Below are positions 30,050 to 40,093 of a DNA stretch of 64,000 nucleotides, in pieces (the first letter of the stretch is position 1; the number at the start of each line of letters is the position of its first letter). The notes beneath the pieces were generated by a model. That model had not been told where the DNA came from. It did not search any database and was given only the letters and a program-made list of their open reading frames with translations. The translations under genes and the position numbers were made by a program. The stretch spans positions 69,066 through 133,065 of the forward strand of contig JAFQOQ010000009.1 in NCBI GenBank assembly GCA_017403085.1. The letters are read 5' to 3'. Source of the DNA: Alphaproteobacteria bacterium. Lineage in GTDB: Bacteria; Pseudomonadota; Alphaproteobacteria; Rs-D84.

Positions 30050-30320
30050 ATTATAAACATATTTTTTGAAAAATCAAATAATAATATTAATTATTGTTGT
30101 TTTTGTAGGCCCTGTTGAAATTGTTGAAAATAGTTTTTTAGTTTTTTATAAACAAATTTTCAACAATAAAATGCCGGGATTTTCCGGCTTTTTTGACGGT
30201 TTGTTGAAAATTAGACCGGTTAAATTAACAGTTGAAAAATACCGGTGTTTTTAACACTTTTAACAAAAAAGGCCGATTGCTTTTTGTGCTTGTTGAAAAT
30301 TGTTGAAATTGTTATAATTC
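30050..30320. other. Probable replication origin oriC
   Basis: AT-rich 30050-30105; 9-mers TGTTGAAA(A/T) at 30113, 30122, 30202, 30291, 30301; TTTTCAACA at 30157; AGTTGAAAA at 30230; visible switch to G/T-rich + strand downstream. Confidence 0.7.
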
Positions 30321-30339
30321 ATATACCCAGGGGAGAATA

Positions 30340-30636
30340 ATGAAACAGCAAGTATTAAAAGCATTGGCAAATCCTGCGCATATTTTATATGTGCCATATA
30401 CGTTGGCCGTAATAAATTTTGCCGTGCAGTTTGTCGGTTTTGTTATTCTGTTTGTAATCGGATTGGTGATTTGGGGCGCAGAATCACCAATCGAACCATT
30501 GTATTTTCTGATTTCTGTAATCGCAGTACATTCAATAATGGCTATCTTTGCAAAACGAGAACCACAATTAGGACAAATTGTCACTGCAAAAATACAATTG
30601 TTTAAGAAAAAAATACCAAGGAAATTGGCGGCGTAG
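30340..30636 (+). CDS. virB3: VirB3-like type IV secretion protein
   Basis: Small 2-TM protein (LKALANPA.ILYVPY) directly upstream of VirB4. Confidence 0.7.
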   Translation: MKQQVLKALANPAHILYVPYTLAVINFAVQFVGFVILFVIGLVIWGAESPIEPLYFLISVIAVHSIMAIFAKREPQLGQIVTAKIQLFKKKIPRKLAA

Positions 30637-30638
30637 AT

Positions 30639-33059
30639 ATGATTGACGGATTTTTTGATTATTTCGCAGGCAGCGGTTTTCAGCTGACATTGTTTATTTT
30701 GGCAATGGCAGTGCTGTTTGTTTTTATTGTGCTGTTGATTTATATTCCAACATTGGTTAAACGTGTTTTTCCGCGTTTTGGTTATGCAAAATATGCCAGT
30801 TATTTGCCGTTTGGTACGGTGTTTAATGATGATTCTATGCAATTGACAGATGGCAGTTTAATTCGCGTGTTCCGTGTGTCTGGGGTGCAAACCAGTATGC
30901 AGGATGAAAAAACAAAAGAAAAATTCTTGGATTTGCGGGCGCAATTGTTTAATCAAATTCGTGACCCAAATGTTGTTTTGCGGTTCTATATGACACGTGA
31001 TGCGGCAGATGAAAATACAAATTATGAATTCGATCAGCCGGTATTACAGCGTATTTATAATAAATGGCGCGGTCAGGGGTTAAAGATTTTCTTGAATAAC
31101 TATTATATCGTTTTGTCTGTTGCGGGTAACGATACACGGGCGAAATTAAATCAGTATTCAAATTATATAGAATCTATATTGGCGGCATATAAGCCAAAGG
31201 TTTTGAAAAATAATAGCGCGGATAATATGGCGCGATTCTTTGGCCGGATTTTGTCACCAATTTCAAAACCAGAACCAAAAAAAGCAGATAATAATATTGC
31301 AAGTTTAGTGACTGTTGATGATGTTGAATTCTTGGATAATGGCTTGGTTAGGTACTTAAGTGGCGGGGCGCAATCTTTTGCGGCAATGTTGTCGTTTAAA
31401 ATGTCGCCGGATTATCTGGATGAAGAATTTTTTGATACAATATCGACTATTCAGACAGAAATGATTTGTATGAATGGGTTCCGTATTATGGGGGCCGCAG
31501 ATGTTCAAAATGTAATTCGGCAAAAACGTAGTACCGCAGAAGAAAATTCTGATTCAACCGAAGAACAAATTTCGTCCGCGCAAAGTGCAATGGATGAAAA
31601 TGTGTCAGGAAATCAAAGCCTGGTAAATTATTATCCGCTGTTTGTGCTGTTTGGTGCAACGCCAGATGATTTGGAAAAAAGTATCGCGGAATTTAAAAAG
31701 ATTTCTGCGTCGTTTGGTATTTCGCCAATTGTTGAAACATTTGCATCGCAAGTGTCTTGGTTTGCACAAATCCCGGGGTTTGATGTTTTTCCACGAAGTT
31801 TTAAATTGCTGTCACGTACGGCGGCGATATCTATTCCGATGTCCAGTCAGCCGCGTGGGGTTACAAATTCTGATTGGGGCCCAGGGCCATTGGTTGTATT
31901 CCCAACAGCCCAAGGAACACCGTATCAATTCCAATTCCATGTGTCGGATAAGCCGGCCGCGGTGGCACATACATTGACAATTGGGCCAACGGGTGGTGGT
32001 AAAACAACGTTGTTCTCGTTCTTGATTGCGCAAAGTTTGCGTCACCCAAAATTAAAAGCGTTCTTTTTTGATAGAAATAAAGGGGCGGAAATATTTACAC
32101 TGGCCGTTGGTGGTAAATATGTGACGATGCAAGGTAAAGAAAAAAATGCAGACCCAATGGCAGAATCATTTAATACCAGATTAAATCCGTTAAAAATGCC
32201 AGATACGGCGGCAAATCGTGCGTTCTTGCGTCGGTGGTTTGCAATTATTTCTGGGCAAAATGATGCGGCGTCTGCGGATGAAATTGCGCGTGCGGTATCG
32301 GTTAATTTTGATTATTTGTCTGATAAAGATAAGTTATTGAAAAACCTGTGGGAAAGTTGTTTTTCGTCGTCCGGAAATATGCGGCCTGCGTTGAAAAAGT
32401 GGATTGATCCGTTGCAATATGGCGACATGTTTAACGAAGAAAGTGATACATTGGATTTGTATTCAAGACTGACTACGTTCGATTTTACAGATATTCTGCA
32501 AGATGAAACGTTGGCACCGGCGGTGATTTCTTATATATTGCACAGAATTAACAATATTACTGTGTCTGGGGGAAATCCGTCTTTGATTATGATTGACGAA
32601 ACCGCACCAATGTTGGAAAACAAAATGTTCCGCGATAGTTTTATTGCAGGATTACAAGAAGGAAGAAAAAATCGTCAGGCATATATGGCGGCGTTCCAGC
32701 GTGCAAATGTGCTGGATAAACTGGGGATTGGTGATGTTGTGCGCGGTCAGGCGCAAACAGTATTGTTCTTTAGAAATCCTGGGGCCGATTTGGCAGATTA
32801 TTCGCACTGGAATTTAAATCCGTTGGAAATGGCATTTATTCAAGGGCGCGCGTATCCAAACCTGAAGCGGGCGTTATTGTTATCGCGGCCTGTGACGGGT
32901 GAATCTGTGATTTTAAATACTGAATTGGGCGGATTGGGAAACATGTTGCGCTTGTTTGAATCAGGGCGGTCGTCTGTGTTGTTGGCAGAAGAATTGTATA
33001 AAATGTATGGTAATAATTTTGTCGATGAATATTTGAAAAAGCAGGGTGCCGCAGACTAA
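30639..33059 (+). CDS. virB4: VirB4 family type IV secretion ATPase
   Basis: SWFAQIPG, DWG.GP, HTLTIGPTGGGKTT, FFDRNKG, LIMIDE, EGRKN. Confidence 0.9.
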   Translation: MIDGFFDYFAGSGFQLTLFILAMAVLFVFIVLLIYIPTLVKRVFPRFGYAKYASYLPFGTVFNDDSMQLTDGSLIRVFRVSGVQTSMQDEKTKEKFLDLRAQLFNQIRDPNVVLRFYMTRDAADENTNYEFDQPVLQRIYNKWRGQGLKIFLNNYYIVLSVAGNDTRAKLNQYSNYIESILAAYKPKVLKNNSADNMARFFGRILSPISKPEPKKADNNIASLVTVDDVEFLDNGLVRYLSGGAQSFAAMLSFKMSPDYLDEEFFDTISTIQTEMICMNGFRIMGAADVQNVIRQKRSTAEENSDSTEEQISSAQSAMDENVSGNQSLVNYYPLFVLFGATPDDLEKSIAEFKKISASFGISPIVETFASQVSWFAQIPGFDVFPRSFKLLSRTAAISIPMSSQPRGVTNSDWGPGPLVVFPTAQGTPYQFQFHVSDKPAAVAHTLTIGPTGGGKTTLFSFLIAQSLRHPKLKAFFFDRNKGAEIFTLAVGGKYVTMQGKEKNADPMAESFNTRLNPLKMPDTAANRAFLRRWFAIISGQNDAASADEIARAVSVNFDYLSDKDKLLKNLWESCFSSSGNMRPALKKWIDPLQYGDMFNEESDTLDLYSRLTTFDFTDILQDETLAPAVISYILHRINNITVSGGNPSLIMIDETAPMLENKMFRDSFIAGLQEGRKNRQAYMAAFQRANVLDKLGIGDVVRGQAQTVLFFRNPGADLADYSHWNLNPLEMAFIQGRAYPNLKRALLLSRPVTGESVILNTELGGLGNMLRLFESGRSSVLLAEELYKMYGNNFVDEYLKKQGAAD

Positions 33060-33080
33060 TAAACAAAACAGAAGGAAAAA

Positions 33081-33695
33081 ATGTTAAAAAGGGGATTTCT
33101 GGTTTTGTTTTTGTGTATGGGTGGGGCGGCGCTTGCCGATGATTGTATTGCGTATAAATTAAAACCACGTGTGTTTATTGATGTGCCAAATTGGGAAAAG
33201 CAGGTGGTGCAACCAAATCAGCCAATGAATCTGTGGCATGGTAATGTTGTGGCAACAATGGTTGATAATTACGATATTATCGCAGATATTACACCGGTTG
33301 AAGATGGGTTTTGTGTTGGACTAAAAACAGTAAATGCAACTGTTGGATATGATAATTTTTTGGTGAAAATTGATATGCGACATGTGCCGAATTCATGTGC
33401 GTATAACGCCGTGTTGGCGCATGAGCAAAAGCATATCAATACATATTTATCTGTAATAGATGATTTTAAGGCGGATTTGCAACAGTCTATATTTTCAGCC
33501 GCAGATTCTGTGATGCCGGTTTTTGTTAAAGAAAAAGATGATTTTGACAGGGCGGTAGATATGTTAAACGATGAATTACAGTCGCATCCTGATTTAATTC
33601 TGGTTAAGCAAAAAATAAAAGCCGCAGAAGAAATTAGAAACAAGGATATCGACAAGCAAGAAGATGGACGCCAACTAAGCGTGTGTTTTGAATAA
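33081..33695 (+). CDS. Secreted protein with HExxH motif (DUF922-like putative peptidase)
   Basis: Signal peptide; C.Y.AVLAHEQKH. Confidence 0.55.
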   Translation: MLKRGFLVLFLCMGGAALADDCIAYKLKPRVFIDVPNWEKQVVQPNQPMNLWHGNVVATMVDNYDIIADITPVEDGFCVGLKTVNATVGYDNFLVKIDMRHVPNSCAYNAVLAHEQKHINTYLSVIDDFKADLQQSIFSAADSVMPVFVKEKDDFDRAVDMLNDELQSHPDLILVKQKIKAAEEIRNKDIDKQEDGRQLSVCFE

Positions 33696-33769
33696 ATTCC
33701 TGTGCCATTTATATATTGATTTTTTTAAGAGTTTTGGGCTAGTATCAAATATATCTAAAAGGATTTGAT

Positions 33770-34657
33770 ATGAAAGGTATTGTTCTGGCAGGTGGCAGTG
33801 GGACGCGTTTGTATCCATTGACCAAGATTACATCAAAACAATTGTTGCCGGTTTATGATAAACCGATGATTTATTATCCATTATCTACGCTGATGCATTT
33901 TGGTATCAGTGATATTTTGATAATATCAACCCCACAAGATACACCTAATATTGAAAAATTGTTTGGTGATGGCAAGAAATTAGGACTAAATATACAATAT
34001 GCAGTACAGCCAGAACCAAAAGGTATTGCGCAGGCATTTACAATTGGGGCAGATTTTATAAATGGTGATGATGTTTGTCTGATTTTGGGTGATAATATTT
34101 TCTATATGGGCGGACAATTGCCGGCGTTTAAGGCAGAAGTTGAAAAAAATATCGGAAAATCTGCAACAATATTTGCATATCATGTTTCTGATCCTGAACG
34201 GTTCGGTGTTGTTGAATTTGATAAAAATTACAAGGCAATATCAATTGAAGAAAAACCAAAACAGCCTAAATCAAATTATGCGTCGGTGGGACTGTATTTC
34301 TATCCGGCAGATGTGGTTGAAAAGGCGCGTAATTTAAAACCGTCTGCGCGTGGTGAATTGGAAATAACAGATTTAAATAATGAATATTTACGTGAAAACA
34401 GGATGTCTGTGGTGCCAATGCGACGGGGAAATGCGTGGCTGGATGCGGGAACACCAGACAGTTTAATGGAATCTGGGCAATTTGTTCAGATTATAGAACA
34501 GCGTCAGGGACTGAAAATTGCATGCATAGAAGAAATTGCGTATAATCAAGGTTTTATTGATGATGAACAGATGCTGGGACTGATTAACGAATTAAAGGCG
34601 GGAAAATATAAAGATTATCTGCAAAAAATATACGAGGAAAAACATGAACTTTATTAA
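33770..34657 (+). CDS. rfbA: Glucose-1-phosphate thymidylyltransferase
   Basis: GIVLAGGSGTRLYP, SKQLLPVYDKPMIYYP, PSARGELEITD. Confidence 0.97.
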   Translation: MKGIVLAGGSGTRLYPLTKITSKQLLPVYDKPMIYYPLSTLMHFGISDILIISTPQDTPNIEKLFGDGKKLGLNIQYAVQPEPKGIAQAFTIGADFINGDDVCLILGDNIFYMGGQLPAFKAEVEKNIGKSATIFAYHVSDPERFGVVEFDKNYKAISIEEKPKQPKSNYASVGLYFYPADVVEKARNLKPSARGELEITDLNNEYLRENRMSVVPMRRGNAWLDAGTPDSLMESGQFVQIIEQRQGLKIACIEEIAYNQGFIDDEQMLGLINELKAGKYKDYLQKIYEEKHELY

Positions 34658-35195
34658 AACAGAAATCGAAGGTGTGGTTATCGTTGAACCGCGTGTTTTT
34701 GAAGATGCGCGTGGGTACTTTTTCGAAAGTTATAACGAAGATGAATTTGTGAAAAATGGAATCACTAATAGGTTTGTGCAAGATAATCAATCAAAGTCTT
34801 CGTATGGTGTGGTGCGCGGATTGCATTGTCAATTGGGCGAACATGCACAGGCGAAATTGGTTCGGGTGCTGGCGGGGCGCGTGTTGGATGTCGCAGTTGA
34901 TATCAGAAAAAATTCACCGACATTTGGTAAATATGTGGCAGTGGAACTGAGTGATGAAAATAAAAGACAATTATTTATTCCACGTGGTTTTTTACATGGG
35001 TTTTCTGTGCTAAGTGACCAGGCCGTCTTTGCGTATAAATGTGATAATTTATACTGTAAGGATGCAGAATTCGGTATTCGATTTGACGATCCGGATATTG
35101 GTATTGATTGGAAGGTGCCAGTTGATAAAATTATTACGTCTGATAAGGATAGAATAGCCAAGGGGTTAAAAGATGTTCCTGATAACGGGTTGTAA
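34644..35195 (+). CDS. rfbC: dTDP-4-dehydrorhamnose 3,5-epimerase
   Basis: DARGYFFES, FVQDN.S.S..GVVRGLH. Confidence 0.97.
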   Translation: MNFIKTEIEGVVIVEPRVFEDARGYFFESYNEDEFVKNGITNRFVQDNQSKSSYGVVRGLHCQLGEHAQAKLVRVLAGRVLDVAVDIRKNSPTFGKYVAVELSDENKRQLFIPRGFLHGFSVLSDQAVFAYKCDNLYCKDAEFGIRFDDPDIGIDWKVPVDKIITSDKDRIAKGLKDVPDNGL

Positions 35196-35994
35196 TGGGC
35201 AATTGGGTACAGAACTGGCAAAGTTGTTGCCGGATGCAATTTGCGCAGATGTTGATATGCTGGATATAACAGATGCCAATGCAGTTAATAAATTTGTGCG
35301 TGATAATAATGTTGATGTTATTATAAATTGTGCCGCATATACCGCCGTGGATAAGGCAGAAGACGATGTTGATTTGGCAACAAAAATAAATGTTGATGGT
35401 GTGCGTAATTTGGCAAAAAGCGGCGCAAAGATAATTCATATATCAACAGACTATGTTTTTGATGGTACTGGACACAAGCCATATAGTCCCGATGCAGAAA
35501 CAAATCCAGTGTCGGTGTATGGAAAAACAAAGCGGGCAGGGGAATTGGCGGCCTTAGAAAACGCGCAGATTGCGGTTGTTATTCGTACGGCATGGCTGTA
35601 TAGCGCGCATGGGAATAATTTTGTAAAAACTATGCGCAGATTGGGTGCAGAAAAAGAATCTGTTAATGTGGTTGCAGACCAAATTGGAACACCAACATTT
35701 GCAGGTGATTTAGCGTCTGCGATTGTAAAGATTATTCCACAGTTATCCAAAGAAACGTCGGGGATATACCATTTTACAAATGAAGGTGTGTGTTCTTGGT
35801 ATGATTTTGCGTGTGAAATTATGGATATGTCGGGATTGTCGTGCGCGGTTAATCCGATTAAATCGCATCAATATCCAACGCGGGCCGCAAGACCGTTTTA
35901 TAGTGTGCTGGATAAAGATAAAATAAAAAATGTCTTTGGTATTGAAATCGAACATTGGAAAAAAGGACTGAAAAAATGCATAAAACAATTTTAA
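35173..35994 (+). CDS. rfbD: dTDP-4-dehydrorhamnose reductase
   Basis: GCNGQLG, AAYTAVDKAE, HISTDYVFDG, YGKTK. Confidence 0.97.
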   Translation: MFLITGCNGQLGTELAKLLPDAICADVDMLDITDANAVNKFVRDNNVDVIINCAAYTAVDKAEDDVDLATKINVDGVRNLAKSGAKIIHISTDYVFDGTGHKPYSPDAETNPVSVYGKTKRAGELAALENAQIAVVIRTAWLYSAHGNNFVKTMRRLGAEKESVNVVADQIGTPTFAGDLASAIVKIIPQLSKETSGIYHFTNEGVCSWYDFACEIMDMSGLSCAVNPIKSHQYPTRAARPFYSVLDKDKIKNVFGIEIEHWKKGLKKCIKQF

Positions 35995-36983
35995 TCACAG
36001 GTGGGGCAGGTTTTATTGGGTCTAATTTTGTTCCTTATTTTTGTGAAAAGTATCCGGAATATAAGATTATCAATCTGGATAAATTGACGTATGCGGGAAA
36101 TTTAGAAAACCTGAGTGAATGCGAAGGTATGGAAAATTATACATTTATTCAGGGTGATATTTGTGACGCAGATTTAATCGAAAAAATATTTGTGGAAAAC
36201 GATGTACGTGGGGTAATTCATTTTGCGGCAGAAAGTCATGTGGATAATTCTATCAAGGGACCACGGGCATTTATCAATACAAATATTGTTGGAACATTTA
36301 ATCTGTTGGATGCAGCGCGGAAACACTGGATGGATGGGCCTGGTAAAGTAAAACAGGGGTATGAAGATGCACGTTTCCATCATATTTCAACAGATGAAGT
36401 TTATGGTGCGCTGGGGGAAACGGGTATGTTTCGTGAAGATACACCATATGCACCAAATAGCCCATATTCTGCGTCCAAGGCGTCATCTGATTTCTTGGTG
36501 CGGGCATATCATCACACGTTTGGTATGAATGTGACAACGTCAAATTGTTCTAATAATTATGGCCCAAAACAGCATAATGAAAAACTGATTCCGCATATTA
36601 TTAGCAAGGCGTTGGCGTTGCAGCCATTGCCAATATATGGCAAGGGTGAAAATGTGCGTGATTGGTTGTATGTGCTGGACCATTGCAAGGCAATTGATTT
36701 GATTTTTCATAAAGGGAAATCTGGGGAAACATATAACATCGGTGGGCGAAACGAACGAAACAATATCACAATTGTGAAAACAATTTGTGCAATATTAGAC
36801 GAACGTCGTCCGCGTCAAGATGGTAAAAAATATGAAGATTTAATTACATTTGTTGCCGATCGTGCCGGTCATGATTTTAGATACGCAATTGATGCGACGA
36901 AACTGGAATCAGAATTGGGATGGCGCGCAGATGAGAACTTTGATACCGGTATTTTAAAAACGGTTGATTGGTATTTGAAATAA
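35976..36983 (+). CDS. rfbB: dTDP-glucose 4,6-dehydratase
   Basis: TGGAGFIGSN, HFAAESHVD, HISTDEVYG, YSASK. Confidence 0.97.
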   Translation: MHKTILITGGAGFIGSNFVPYFCEKYPEYKIINLDKLTYAGNLENLSECEGMENYTFIQGDICDADLIEKIFVENDVRGVIHFAAESHVDNSIKGPRAFINTNIVGTFNLLDAARKHWMDGPGKVKQGYEDARFHHISTDEVYGALGETGMFREDTPYAPNSPYSASKASSDFLVRAYHHTFGMNVTTSNCSNNYGPKQHNEKLIPHIISKALALQPLPIYGKGENVRDWLYVLDHCKAIDLIFHKGKSGETYNIGGRNERNNITIVKTICAILDERRPRQDGKKYEDLITFVADRAGHDFRYAIDATKLESELGWRADENFDTGILKTVDWYLK

Positions 36984-37015
36984 AAAATGCGCCGTTTTAT
37001 GGCGCATTTTTATTT

Positions 37016-37160
37016 AATCTGGTTGCGGGGAATGGAGTTCGCTCGCACGACACGATTGTGTCGGCTATGCGCAAATTTGTAGTTATGCGAACTTCGCAAG
37101 GTTCGTTCTTATATACAAATTTTGAACCAGCAACTACGTTGCATGGTACAAACCAATAAA
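37016..37160 (-). repeat. tRNA-linked palindromic element ending in a 21-bp duplicate of the tRNA-fMet 3' end
   Basis: AATCTGGTTGCGGGGAATGGA at 37016-37036 is identical to 37211-37231; internal inverted repeats AAATTTGTA/TACAAATTT, CGACAC/GTGTCG, GCAAC/GTTGC. Confidence 0.75.
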
Positions 37161-37214
37161 CCACAACACATGTTAAACAAAAAATACCCCGTGTGGGGTA
37201 TTTTTTATTAAATC

Positions 37215-37291
<77 letters not shown>

Positions 37292-37435
37292 ATAAGGTTC
37301 TGGTATTATATACTAAATATGATAATAGTCAAATAAAAAATACATTTTGTGGTTTTTTGATGCGTTTCCTAGTCTTTCTTGAATTCTGTTTTTTTTATTG
37401 CTAAGATTTGTCAGTAAGTTAAATAAGGGTAGATT

Positions 37436-38227
37436 GTGTTTCAAAATAAAACTTTTAGAAAGGCATGGAAGGGCTTTTGGCAGCCGATTTTGGGCCTGGG
37501 GATTTTTCAGTGGATTGTTGTGGTGATAATGGCAATACCAATCTGGTTTTCTTATTTTACGTCAATTAAGCGTATTTCAAATATAGATGTGTTTTATAAA
37601 TATCGTAAAAAGCCAGCAATTTTTGTGTTTTGGCATGGGCGCAGTTTGATGTTAAGTCCGATTATTTGTCTGGGGGGGATGCAGGCATATGCCGTGGCCA
37701 GTCGTCATAAAGATGGGCGCATGATGGCAAAATTACAACGGTTGTTTGGGTTGCGTGCAATTTATGGTTCGTCGCACAAGGGCGGGGTGTCTGTGTTGCG
37801 CGAAGGGCTAAGGGTTTTAAATAAAGGCGATTTTGGTATTTGTATGTCACCAGATGGGCCAGGCGGACCATCGTTGCGTGTGCAGGACGGGGCGCTGTAT
37901 TTTGCAAAAATGTCAGGCGCACCAATTATTCCTGTTTGTTTTTCTGCAAAACGGGCCTGGTTTCAAGAACGTTGGGATAGGTATTTGTTGGCGCTACCGT
38001 TTAATAAACTGACGGTGCGTGTGGGAGAGCCGGTATTTGTGCCTAAAAAGTGTTCGGCCGAAGAATTTGAACAAATTCGCAAAAATCTGGAAGATGTTAT
38101 GGTGCAACAGGTTCATGATATGGATGCGGAATTTGGGCATCCGATGGTTGAACAGGATTTGACTGCGTCTGAATTTAAAAAGAAAAAACGCGAAGACAAA
38201 CAATTAAAAAAAAGCAAAAAAAGGTAA
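37436..38227 (+). CDS. DUF374 lysophospholipid acyltransferase family (LpxJ-like)
   Basis: FWHGR, SRHKDG, YGSS..GG, PDGPGGP, WDRYLL.LPF; next to lpxK. Confidence 0.8.
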   Translation: MFQNKTFRKAWKGFWQPILGLGIFQWIVVVIMAIPIWFSYFTSIKRISNIDVFYKYRKKPAIFVFWHGRSLMLSPIICLGGMQAYAVASRHKDGRMMAKLQRLFGLRAIYGSSHKGGVSVLREGLRVLNKGDFGICMSPDGPGGPSLRVQDGALYFAKMSGAPIIPVCFSAKRAWFQERWDRYLLALPFNKLTVRVGEPVFVPKKCSAEEFEQIRKNLEDVMVQQVHDMDAEFGHPMVEQDLTASEFKKKKREDKQLKKSKKR

Positions 38228-38230
38228 GTA

Positions 38231-39136
38231 ATGAAAACACCGTGGTGGTTTCTTTATAAAACGCCGTTGTCTTTTATTTTGTGGCCGTTTTCATGGATTT
38301 ATTATTTTGTGGGACGGGTGGTGTTTTTTGTGCGACGCATCCGTGCGATTAAATCGCGACGCCCGATAATCTGTGTTGGAAATATTTTTGCAGGTGGGGT
38401 TGGCAAGACGCCAGTTGTGCGTGCCATTGCGACGTATTTTGATGCGCCAGTTGTTATGCGTGGGTATAAAAAAAGCGCAAAAACAGGTAATGTCGGGGAC
38501 GAGGCGTCTATGTTGGCGCGAAGTGGGTTGGCGGTACATGTAGGGGATAGAAAAAGTAATGTTATATTGCTGAACAAGCAGATGGATGAAAATGGGCCAA
38601 TTGTTATGGATGACGGTTTGCAAAATCCGACAATAAAGAAAGATGTGGCAATAATTGTTTTTGACGAAGGGTTGGGGTATGGAAATGGGTTTTTGTTGCC
38701 GGCAGGCCCCTTGCGCGAGCCAAAAAGCGCAGCAGAAAAAGCAGATGCGATAATTGTTATTCGTAATTCAAAACCAAAAAAGAAATTTGTGTTGCCGGCT
38801 GGGGTGCCGGTGTTCTATGCTAAAAATAAGACTGTGTCACCATATTCTGATGGGGAAAAATTGGTGGCGTTTGCGGGAATTGGATATCCAAAAAAGTTCT
38901 TTGGTGCGTTGAAAAATGTTGTGGCAACACGTGCGTTTCCAGATCACTACCAATATACAGATGAGGATTTGGAAAAGTTGTTTGCGCTGGCAAAAAGAAA
39001 AAAGGCAAAGTTGGTGACAACTGAAAAAGACTGGGTGCGATTGCCAGAAGACGCGCAAGAAAAAATTAAATATGCGCAATTGGATACGGTGATTGATGAC
39101 AGATTCTTTGATTGGATAAAAGGAAAAATAAAATGA
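38231..39136 (+). CDS. lpxK: Tetraacyldisaccharide 4'-kinase
   Basis: VGNIFAGGVGKTP, GDEA, MDDGLQ, LLPAGPLRE, FPDH, TTEKD. Confidence 0.95.
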   Translation: MKTPWWFLYKTPLSFILWPFSWIYYFVGRVVFFVRRIRAIKSRRPIICVGNIFAGGVGKTPVVRAIATYFDAPVVMRGYKKSAKTGNVGDEASMLARSGLAVHVGDRKSNVILLNKQMDENGPIVMDDGLQNPTIKKDVAIIVFDEGLGYGNGFLLPAGPLREPKSAAEKADAIIVIRNSKPKKKFVLPAGVPVFYAKNKTVSPYSDGEKLVAFAGIGYPKKFFGALKNVVATRAFPDHYQYTDEDLEKLFALAKRKKAKLVTTEKDWVRLPEDAQEKIKYAQLDTVIDDRFFDWIKGKIK

Positions 39137-40077
39137 CGACTTTGAAAAAACAAGTTAAGTTTTCTGGTTTGGGGATTCATTCGGGGCATCGGGTTAATTT
39201 GGTTGTAAAACCGTCGAAAAAGCCGGGGATTTTTATGCGGCGTGTTGATATGGTGGGGACTGATTTAATTCCTGCGACATATGATAATGTGGGCGAGGCA
39301 AAATTAAGAAATACCACCATTGGGCAGATGAGTGGCGCGCATGTTCAGACGGTTGAACATTTGATGGCGGCATTGTTTATGGCGGGAATTACAGATGCGG
39401 TTATAGAAATAGATGGTGCAGAAACACCTATATTAGATGGCAGTGCGGCAGAATTTTTAAAAGAATTTTTAGCGTCTGGTGTGACGAATGGAAAAATGAA
39501 AAAAATTATCGTACGACGTGAAGTTGTTGCAAAGGCGTCAGAGATTTTGCGGGAATTGCCGTGGTTTGTGCGTGCTAAATTATGGGTTATGAATACAATC
39601 GCGGGTCGAAAAAGTAATGGGTTTGTAAAATTGTCGCCAAATGATGGAAAGGCGCTGCGTGTCAAGGCGACATTGGTTTATCCAGAAAAAATAATCGGAA
39701 CGCAAAGTTTTGAATATTCGTATGATGGTGGAAAGCAGTCTGTGCAAAAGTTTATTAAAGAAGTTGCGCGTGCGCGCACGTTTGGTAAATATTCTGAATG
39801 GGAATATTTGAAAAAACGTGGTATGGGGCGTGGGGCCAATGAAAATAATGTTATTGCGCTGAATGATGCAGGAGATGGGACGTTGAATAAAATCTTGTGG
39901 CCAGATGAATTTGTGCGTCATAAAATTATAGATGCGATTGGTGATATGTTTTGCAGTGGTGGATTTGTTGTTGGAAATTTAGAGTCATACAAGGGCAGTC
40001 ATGCAATGAATAATTTGGTCTTGAAAAAATTGTTTAGTGATGCGGCGAATTATGATATAGTTGATGTAGAAAAATAA
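39133..40077 (+). CDS. lpxC: UDP-3-O-acyl-GlcNAc deacetylase
   Basis: G.GIHSG, TVEHLMAAL, PILDGSA, ARTFG, EFVRHKIIDAIGD. Confidence 0.95.
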   Translation: MTTLKKQVKFSGLGIHSGHRVNLVVKPSKKPGIFMRRVDMVGTDLIPATYDNVGEAKLRNTTIGQMSGAHVQTVEHLMAALFMAGITDAVIEIDGAETPILDGSAAEFLKEFLASGVTNGKMKKIIVRREVVAKASEILRELPWFVRAKLWVMNTIAGRKSNGFVKLSPNDGKALRVKATLVYPEKIIGTQSFEYSYDGGKQSVQKFIKEVARARTFGKYSEWEYLKKRGMGRGANENNVIALNDAGDGTLNKILWPDEFVRHKIIDAIGDMFCSGGFVVGNLESYKGSHAMNNLVLKKLFSDAANYDIVDVEK

Positions 40078-40093
40078 AAAAAAGAAGGAAGAT

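Noticed and set aside
30066-30254. 62-aa ORF
   Set aside because: TTG start, no SD, lies across the DnaA-box-like repeats; likely spurious.
30220-30265. CtrA boxes (TTAA-N7-TTAA) in the putative origin
   Set aside because: TTAA half-sites are present but not at 7-bp spacing.
36968-37159. 63-aa ORF
   Set aside because: Reads through a terminator and the tRNA-linked palindrome.
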